This document shows positions 48,217 through 54,573 of a DNA stretch of 54,573 nucleotides, one piece after another. The notes beneath the pieces were generated by a model. The model ran no database searches and was not told where the DNA came from. It saw only the letters and a list, made by a program, of their open reading frames with translations. The position numbers and the translations under genes were made by a program. The stretch is taken from sequence record SRR31156797_1806, one strand, 5' to 3'. Position 1 is the first letter of the stretch, and each line of letters opens with the position of its first letter.

Positions 48217-48696
48217 ATGATGAAAATCAGACCAGCAAATTCTACCGATGCCAGTGTTATTTTGAAATTTATTCGGGAGTTAGCTGAATATGAAGAAGCA
48301 CTACATTGTGTGAATGCAAGTGAAGAAGATATTGTTTCAAGCCTGTTTAGTGAAGACTCTACGGCTAAAGCAATTATCTGTGAAGTAGATAACTGCCCTG
48401 TAGGCTACGCGGTCTATTTTTTCAATTACTCCACATGGTTGGGGAAAAATGGTCTTTATCTTGAAGACTTGTACGTGACGCCATCTTTTCGTTCAGCAGG
48501 GGCGGGGAAATTATTAATGAAAACACTCGCGAATGAAGCCATTCAAAAAGGATGTGGACGCTTTGAATGGTCGGTTTTACATTGGAATCAGCCAGCTATA
48601 GATTTCTATCATCACATTGGAGCAGAGGAGCAATCTGAGTGGCGAATCTATCGCTTAACCGGAGAAGCTCTACATAATTTTGCTCTCCAGTCTTGA
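48217..48696 (+). CDS. GNAT acetyltransferase (diamine acetyltransferase-like)
   Basis: IRELAEYE, YSTWLGKNGLYLEDLYV, EWSVLHWNQPAIDFY. Confidence 0.92.
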   Translation: MMKIRPANSTDASVILKFIRELAEYEEALHCVNASEEDIVSSLFSEDSTAKAIICEVDNCPVGYAVYFFNYSTWLGKNGLYLEDLYVTPSFRSAGAGKLLMKTLANEAIQKGCGRFEWSVLHWNQPAIDFYHHIGAEEQSEWRIYRLTGEALHNFALQS

Positions 48697-48741
48697 ACCT
48701 ATCCCGAGTGAACAAAGTTAATATGAACTTTGTTTAGTGAA

Positions 48742-48778
48742 AATGCCCCAACATTCATTTAATTAATGTTGGGGCATT
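48742..48778. terminator. Hairpin between convergent genes
   Basis: AATGCCCCAACATT...AATGTTGGGGCATT 14-bp stem. Confidence 0.75.
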
Positions 48779-48786
48779 GGTAAAAG

Positions 48787-49005
48787 TTAGTATTTCCAGA
48801 ACGCTTTATTCGTTTCCTTCTTTGCAAGTTGCTTATCTATTCCTATGTCATCTAAAAGATAATCGGGTAAATCTTGTAGGTGTCTTCTTGTTACGAAATT
48901 TCGGTGCCAGCGCTTAAGCATAATTAAGATATTCTTACCTAGAGAATGCGGTAGTTGATCTTGAACACCAATGCAGTATTCGCTATGTTTTGTTAAGTTA
49001 TCCAT
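48787..49005 (-). CDS. DUF1127 small protein
   Basis: TRRHLQDLPDYLLDDIGI...ETNKAFWK. Confidence 0.9.
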   Translation of the reverse strand: MDNLTKHSEYCIGVQDQLPHSLGKNILIMLKRWHRNFVTRRHLQDLPDYLLDDIGIDKQLAKKETNKAFWKY

Positions 49006-49105
49006 CTTATTACCTATAACTGTGTCATTTGTTATGCTAAATATTCGTGCAGTTACAGGTGGTTTACAAACGATAGAAATTGCAGTTCAGATAAGGAAAT
49101 CTTAA

Positions 49106-50056
49106 GTGAAAGAGAAATTGCCGCCATTGCGTTGGTTGTACTATTTTTATGTAGCAGCCGAAAATGGAAGCTTTAAGGTTGCATCGGAGCAGTTATTTGT
49201 TACTGCTGCGGCGATAAGTCAACAAATCCGGCTGCTTGAAGAGTGGTTAGAATGTGAACTTTTTGTTCGTCAGCACCGTAATGTGGAGTTGACTTCAGAA
49301 GGGCGTATTTTGTTTGATTCAGTCAAACAAGGTTTTTCTCATCTGTATGATGGAATTCGAAAAATTAATCAGGACCCTAACCCAAATCAGCTGTCAATTT
49401 CGGTTCAACCTACTTTTGCTCAGTACTGGTTAATTCCCAAAATCAATCAGTTCCGTACGCAATACCCTCAATTATCTTTAGTGATTGACCCAACCAATAG
49501 GTTAGTGAATTTTCAGGATGATCTGGTGGATATCAGTATTCGTCATGGAGTTGGAAACTACGCTGATTGTGAGTCGGTTTGGCTGATGGATGAGGTCATT
49601 TATCCGGTCTGCCATAAAAACTATCAGAAAGAAAAGCAGCTCTTTGACCTCAGTGATCTTAAAAATGCAGATTTAATTGAGGAGATTTCGCCAGATAAGG
49701 ATTGGCCTAGCTGGTTAGAAACGATGAATTTACCCGTTGTGAATGCCTCTCTCCAATATGAAGGCTCACAATTCGTTATGGATGCAGCTTTGGCGGCTCA
49801 GGGAGTTGCGTTGGTCAAACATAGCTTTGCTCAACGTTACATTCAGGATGGTCAGCTGGTTAGAATTGGTAATAAAGCCGTTAAATCGAGGTATAGCTAC
49901 TATCTGTGCTCACTCCGCAACCATGCGAATCGTGAGAAAAATAAGATATTTATGCATTGGATTAAGTCTGAGGTAGAGGCTATGCAGAAAAACGATAAAA
50001 CAGGGATAAATTTATGTGAGTTAAAACCGAACGCCAATGATGTGATTGAGTTTTAA
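49106..50056 (+). CDS. LysR family regulator (GcvA-like)
   Basis: LPPLRWLYYF..GSFKVASEQLFVTAAAISQQIRLLE; TAAG-N5-CTTA dyad directly upstream. Confidence 0.94.
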   Translation: MKEKLPPLRWLYYFYVAAENGSFKVASEQLFVTAAAISQQIRLLEEWLECELFVRQHRNVELTSEGRILFDSVKQGFSHLYDGIRKINQDPNPNQLSISVQPTFAQYWLIPKINQFRTQYPQLSLVIDPTNRLVNFQDDLVDISIRHGVGNYADCESVWLMDEVIYPVCHKNYQKEKQLFDLSDLKNADLIEEISPDKDWPSWLETMNLPVVNASLQYEGSQFVMDAALAAQGVALVKHSFAQRYIQDGQLVRIGNKAVKSRYSYYLCSLRNHANREKNKIFMHWIKSEVEAMQKNDKTGINLCELKPNANDVIEF

Positions 50057-50066
50057 ACGGTATAAA

Positions 50067-50215
50067 AAAGGTTACCGTTAGATTATTTTTTTACTCGCAG
50101 AACCAATGTTAAAGCTGTTCGATTGTATGAACGCAATGGACACGCAAAGCCTGAAGCCTATGGTAAATAGTTTGAAGTGGTTCGGTCAGTATGTATGAGC
50201 AAAGTATTAAGTTAG
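50067..50215 (+). pseudogene. Degenerate 3' remnant of a GNAT acetyltransferase
   Basis: KGYR*IIF/TRRTNVKAVRLYERNGHAKPEAYGK*FEVVRSVCMSKVLS: GNAT motif-B pattern with two stops and a frameshift in a T-run. Confidence 0.6.
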
Positions 50216-50385
50216 CATTTAAAACTCGTGATCTAATACGAATATCTAATTGCTTTGATACTAGCTTACTTCTTCCCTAAAACGCTTGTAAGTTAAAAAG
50301 TGATGAATTTCTTCATCAGAAGCTCGCCTTAGTTTGAATAATTTTAGTCACCACTCGTTTAGAAAGAGTTGATTGATAGTTTTAC

Positions 50386-51303
50386 CTACTTATCTTTCTC
50401 ATTGTAAGAAATTTTAGGATTCTTAAAACTTAACCCTCCTTCAATAACCAGTACCACGACAGCGAGCCAAACTGCTATGTATGTTGGCCATTCACGCGGG
50501 GCTATAGTTTCTCCAAGCAAAATAGCAACCAAGACTAGCAATACCGGCTCAACGTACACAAGCAAACCGAATAAACTTAAATTAAGGTGCGGCGCAGATA
50601 ATGACTGAAACCCTAGAGCTAAGGCACTGATCAACCCTAATCCTAAAACAAGCCATAAAAAATCGAAATTAACGCTAAGTGTTTGAACTACTTGCCCGCC
50701 TTGTACAATAAAGTACAGGCTGAATGGTAAGCTCAACATCATATCAAACCACATACCACCTATGTGATTGGTGTTTGTCTTATGCCGCAGCCAAAAATAG
50801 ATCGGGTAACCTAAACAAACGACTAGCGTTGGCCAACTGAGAGACTGTGATATGGCGAGTTGATTGAAAATTCCACATAAAGCAAATAGACACGCTAGTT
50901 TTTGAAAGCGTGACAAGCGATCTTTAAATGCAAGCCAGCCTACAATAACCATCGTAATTGGCATAATGAAATAACCAAGTGAGACGGCCAAGGCATATCC
51001 ATTTCCTGGTGCCCACAAAAACAGCCAGAGTTGAATACCTATCAAAAACGCAGATATGAAACGAGTAATAATGAAGTAGCGTTCTTCGAAAATGCGTTTG
51101 AACATGATTTTTACTTGCGCCCAATAGCCATTAAAAAAGACAAAGATAGTCAGTAATGGAAACGTCAAAGCAATACGCCATCCATAAATTTCTTCCCCAC
51201 TTAACTCGTTCAATAACGACGTGTAAGCAAACATAAGGGCAAATAGAGCTGATGCAATGACATTGAGAGTAACGCCAAGAAAAGTATTAGGTTGTGTGCG
51301 CAT
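50386..51303 (-). CDS. rarD: EamA transporter, RarD family
   Basis: VSLGYFIMP, FGLLVYVEPV, about 10 TM. Confidence 0.85.
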   Translation of the reverse strand: MRTQPNTFLGVTLNVIASALFALMFAYTSLLNELSGEEIYGWRIALTFPLLTIFVFFNGYWAQVKIMFKRIFEERYFIITRFISAFLIGIQLWLFLWAPGNGYALAVSLGYFIMPITMVIVGWLAFKDRLSRFQKLACLFALCGIFNQLAISQSLSWPTLVVCLGYPIYFWLRHKTNTNHIGGMWFDMMLSLPFSLYFIVQGGQVVQTLSVNFDFLWLVLGLGLISALALGFQSLSAPHLNLSLFGLLVYVEPVLLVLVAILLGETIAPREWPTYIAVWLAVVVLVIEGGLSFKNPKISYNEKDK

Positions 51304-51410
51304 TGTTTATATATTGATAATTTAAAGTAGTGATATTTTATTGTGTTAGTCTTGATAAAGGTGCCCATTTTTCATAGCTTAATCGAGAAAATTTCTCACC
51401 GGATGACATT

Positions 51411-51863
51411 ATGCCCCTAGATAAATTCGATCAGGTTTTACTGAAATCGTTGCAGCACAACTGCCAAATTCCATTGCGCGAGTTGGCAGAAGTGGTACAC
51501 CTTTCTACTGCTTCTGTTCAACGGCGAGTTCAGAAATTAAAAGACGAAGGTTATATTCAATCCAATGTCGCTATTCTGGAACCTAATAAACTGGATAAAG
51601 TGATAACGATGATCGTTGAAGTTCAGGTTGAGAAAACCCAAGCAACCGACCTCCATCTATTGAAAGAGAGTTTTTCTGGGCCCGAAGTTCAGCAATGTTA
51701 TTACGTGACAGGGGAAGCGGATTTTGTATTGGTACTTCTGGTACCGACCATGGAACGTTTTCAGGAAATTTGTGACAGACTTTTCCACAATAACTCGAAT
51801 GTAAAAAGTTTTCGGACTATGGTGGCGTTAGATCGAGTGAAAGTTACTTTAGACGTTCTATGA
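51411..51863 (+). CDS. Lrp/AsnC family regulator
   Basis: LDKFD..LL..LQ, LAEVVHLSTASVQRRV, CYYVTGEADF. Confidence 0.95.
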   Translation: MPLDKFDQVLLKSLQHNCQIPLRELAEVVHLSTASVQRRVQKLKDEGYIQSNVAILEPNKLDKVITMIVEVQVEKTQATDLHLLKESFSGPEVQQCYYVTGEADFVLVLLVPTMERFQEICDRLFHNNSNVKSFRTMVALDRVKVTLDVL

Positions 51864-51929
51864 TGAAGCGCTCATCCTACTAAAGGCTACCGAATAAATT
51901 TCAGCAACCTTTATCTGTAAGTACATCTG

Positions 51930-52961
51930 TTATTTTGCTGAGAACTCGTTTCTTACAATCTCAGCCCCGGCTCTTAACACATCGAGCTTGGCTCGCGCTA
52001 CCTCTCGAGAGAGCGGAGCCATGCCACAGTTTGTGCATGGGTAGAGCTTGTCGGCATCGACATATTTCAGTGCTTCACGGAGTGTCGCGGCTACGGCTTC
52101 TGGTGTTTCAATGTTGTTCGTTGCTACGTCAATCGCACCGACCATCACTTTTTTGCCACGCACCAGTTCAAGCAATTCCATGGGTACATGCGAGTTATGA
52201 CATTCTAGAGAGATGATGTCGATGTTCGATTTCTGTAGCTTAGGGAACACCTCTTCGTATTGACGCCATTCACTGCCCAGAGTCTTTTTCCAGTCGGTAT
52301 TAGCTTTGATTCCGTAGCCATAACAGATATGAACAGCAGTTTCACACTTCAGACCTTCGATGGCTCGTTCAAGAGCCTCAATACCCCAGTTATTCACTTC
52401 ATCAAAGAATACATTGAACGCGGGCTCATCAAATTGGATGATGTCTACGCCTGCGGCTTCAAGCTCTTTGGCTTCTTCATTCAGAATTTTAGCGAACTCA
52501 AGTGCTAACTCTTTACGTGATTCATAGTGCGCGTCATACAGCGTATCAACCATGGTCATAGGCCCTGGAAGTGCCCATTTAATTGGCTTGTCGGTCTGTG
52601 AACGCAGGAACTTTGCATCTTCAACAAAAACGGCTTTTTGTCGTGATACTGGCCCCACAACACTTGGCACGCTAGCGTCATATCGGTCGCGGATTTTCAC
52701 TGTCTGGCGGTTTTCAAAGTCAACGCCATTCAAGTGTTCAATAAAGGTTGTCACAAAATGCTGACGAGTCTGCTCGCCATCACTGACAATATCTGTACCT
52801 GCGAGCAGCTGCTCTTGCAGTGCGACACGCAGTGCGTCGTGTTTACCGTCAATCAGCTCTTGTCCTTCGAGTTTCCACGGAGACCAAAGCACTTCAGGTT
52901 GAGCTAGCCAATTGGGTTTAGGCAGACTGCCTGCCGTCGATGTTGGGAATAATTTTGTCAT
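51930..52961 (-). CDS. mesD: Core (folate-independent) methionine synthase, MesD type
   Basis: Single MetE-like barrel, TSTAGSLPKP, DGEQTR, Zn ligands HIC...C (PCTNCG); directly downstream of a DUF1852 gene. Confidence 0.88.
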   Translation of the reverse strand: MTKLFPTSTAGSLPKPNWLAQPEVLWSPWKLEGQELIDGKHDALRVALQEQLLAGTDIVSDGEQTRQHFVTTFIEHLNGVDFENRQTVKIRDRYDASVPSVVGPVSRQKAVFVEDAKFLRSQTDKPIKWALPGPMTMVDTLYDAHYESRKELALEFAKILNEEAKELEAAGVDIIQFDEPAFNVFFDEVNNWGIEALERAIEGLKCETAVHICYGYGIKANTDWKKTLGSEWRQYEEVFPKLQKSNIDIISLECHNSHVPMELLELVRGKKVMVGAIDVATNNIETPEAVAATLREALKYVDADKLYPCTNCGMAPLSREVARAKLDVLRAGAEIVRNEFSAK

Positions 52962-52992
52962 AATGTTGGCTGTTTTACTGTCTCGTTAAGAA

Positions 52993-53967
52993 TTAAGCGT
53001 ATTGAGCAGACCATTGCTCAAGAACCGACTGATAAGGTTTGATAAAGACTTCTTCAGCAAACTTACCCTGTTCAATGGCGAGTTTCGTACGCTCTTCGCG
53101 GTCATATACTATGTCCGTTAATGCGTGCTCATTACTCTTCAAATTTGGTTGATAATGTTCACCAGCAACGGTGTTGGCAAAGTAGATTTCAGGGCGGTAA
53201 ATCTTCTGGAACGTTTCCATTGTGCTGATGGTGCTAATCAGTTCCAAATTGGTGTAATCGTTCAGTAGATCGCCAAAGAAGTAGAATGCAAAGGGCGCCA
53301 CACTGTTTTTCGGCATGAAATAACGCACTTGTAAGCCCATCTTTTGGAAGTATTGTTCAGTTAAGGATGATTCATTTGGTTGATATTCAACACCAAGAAC
53401 AGGGTGCTCGTTGTTGGTGCGGTTATACACTTTGCTGTCTGAAACACTCAAACAAATCACTGGAGGTTTAGCGAAGTTTTGTTGGTAAGCCTTGGATTTA
53501 ATGAAAGACTTAAATAGGTTGCCATGCAACTCACCAAAATCTTCTGGTACTGAGAAGTGCGGTTTGTCCTTGTTGTGGTCCAGCAAACGTACGCTAAAGT
53601 CGTAATCACGCACATAAGACGAGAAGTTGTTACCCACAATGCCTTCAACACGTTGGTTCGTTTTGCGATCAACAACGTACGTTTTTAACACTTCAATGGA
53701 TGGAATGGCTTCGTCAGCATTTTCCATTTTGATATCAGCAGAGATGATCTCCAATTCTACCGAGTAACGATCGCCTGTTGGGTTATCCCAAGACGCCAGT
53801 TCGTTAAAACGGCGGTCAATCATTTTTAATGCGTTGCGTAAGTTCTGTTGACGGTATTCACCGCGCGCCAAGTTCGCAAAGTTCGTTGTGATACGAGTTT
53901 TGTCTGATGGGTGATAGTTTTCATCAAGACAGGTGTTTTTAATTGTGAACGTAAAATTCTGAGTCAT
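52993..53967 (-). CDS. mesX: DUF1852 protein, MesX partner of MesD
   Basis: RITTNFANLARG, GIVGNNFSSYVRDYDFS, ETFQKIYRPEIY; likely start MTQNF. Confidence 0.88.
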   Translation of the reverse strand: MTQNFTFTIKNTCLDENYHPSDKTRITTNFANLARGEYRQQNLRNALKMIDRRFNELASWDNPTGDRYSVELEIISADIKMENADEAIPSIEVLKTYVVDRKTNQRVEGIVGNNFSSYVRDYDFSVRLLDHNKDKPHFSVPEDFGELHGNLFKSFIKSKAYQQNFAKPPVICLSVSDSKVYNRTNNEHPVLGVEYQPNESSLTEQYFQKMGLQVRYFMPKNSVAPFAFYFFGDLLNDYTNLELISTISTMETFQKIYRPEIYFANTVAGEHYQPNLKSNEHALTDIVYDREERTKLAIEQGKFAEEVFIKPYQSVLEQWSAQYA

Positions 53968-54082
53968 GAGCGTTATCTTCATTGTGCTTTAGATGAAATC
54001 AAAACCATCTTTCGTTTAAACCATGACTTAGTTATAACTGGCGTGCTACAAGTTTAATAACGTTAATATTTAATGTTGATCG

Positions 54083-54095
54083 TGAAAAAAATTCA
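54083..54095. promoter_or_regulatory. MetR-type binding site upstream of mesX-mesD
   Basis: TGAA-AAAAA-TTCA matches TGAA-N5-TTCA. Confidence 0.7.
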
Positions 54096-54273
54096 TGACC
54101 AGAATGTTTAAATGAAAATATTGGGGTAGAAGGAGGACTCTAAACGAATTTCTAACTCTAAACGGATTTGGATAGAAAACGACCATTAGTAATGACATTA
54201 GCAGCACGCTGGAAACCTTAAGCAACTCTTTGTTAGAACTCAGAATGTATATATCGTCGCAAAACTCTTATTT

Positions 54274-54292
54274 GCAACTAGTTATCATTTGC
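54274..54292. promoter_or_regulatory. Fur box
   Basis: Reverse complement GCAAATGATAACTAGTTGC resembles the Fur consensus; 31 nt upstream of next ATG. Confidence 0.65.
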
Positions 54293-54323
54293 ATTTGCAG
54301 GTTGAAAATAAGGATTAAGTGTT

Positions 54324-54573
54324 ATGCCATTAGATGATGTTGTTGCTCGTACATTGTTCATCCCCCTGTACATGAAGGCTAAAGAAACGGCGCGCCCAGG
54401 AGGATTCTTTAAGGATGAGGTTGCGTGTCGCCTTGTCAATGAAGTTGATTTTGATTTCTCCCAATTTGATGATGCTGCTCGAAGTCAGGTTGGCTGTTGT
54501 TTAAGAGCGAGTTACTTCGACGATTTAGCCTGCATCTTCTTAAAGAATAATCCTGAAGGGGTTATCGTTAACG
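54324..54573 (+). CDS. Class I SAM methyltransferase (LCM/TcmP-like), 3'-truncated by window edge
   Basis: AAGGA SD; MPLDDVVARTLFIPLYMKAKET...FKDEVACRLV..VDFDFSQF...RASYFDD...NPEGVIVN open to the end. Confidence 0.8.
   Translation, partial: MPLDDVVARTLFIPLYMKAKETARPGGFFKDEVACRLVNEVDFDFSQFDDAARSQVGCCLRASYFDDLACIFLKNNPEGVIVN

Noticed and set aside
53985..54030. Possible MetJ boxes near the mesX start
   Set aside because: Only weak matches to AGACGTCT, not in convincing tandem register

Overview
Bacterial chromosomal window, most likely Vibrio (gene content, codon usage, and thrS-infC-rpmI-rplT not followed by pheST). Left to right: 3' end of a BCCT (betaine/choline/carnitine) transporter; an AT-rich cold-shock gene followed by four small ORFs (two missed by the ORF track); a divergent Rieske oxygenase/reductase pair of the GbcA/GbcB glycine-betaine demethylase type; deaD; thrS-infC(ATT start)-rpmI-rplT with a recognisable thrS operator. 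Downstream of rplT, where several Vibrio species carry the superintegron integrase, there is a run of short, mostly co-oriented cassette-type genes (GNATs, GFA, tautomerase, VOC, ASCH, NUDIX...) with gene remnants but no integrase or intact attC. Then come a LysR-controlled Ser-type sulfatase + anSME + MoxR/DUF58/VWA/BatD operon with a nearby HAD hydrolase, three c-di-GMP genes, an orphan PEP-CTERM-like (VSEP) surface protein, several regulator/target pairs, mesX-mesD with a MetR-type site, and a Fur-box-preceded methyltransferase running off the right edge. No tRNA, rRNA, CRISPR array, transposase or integrase was seen. Family calls come from motif recognition by eye, not database searches; no finding is proven novel.
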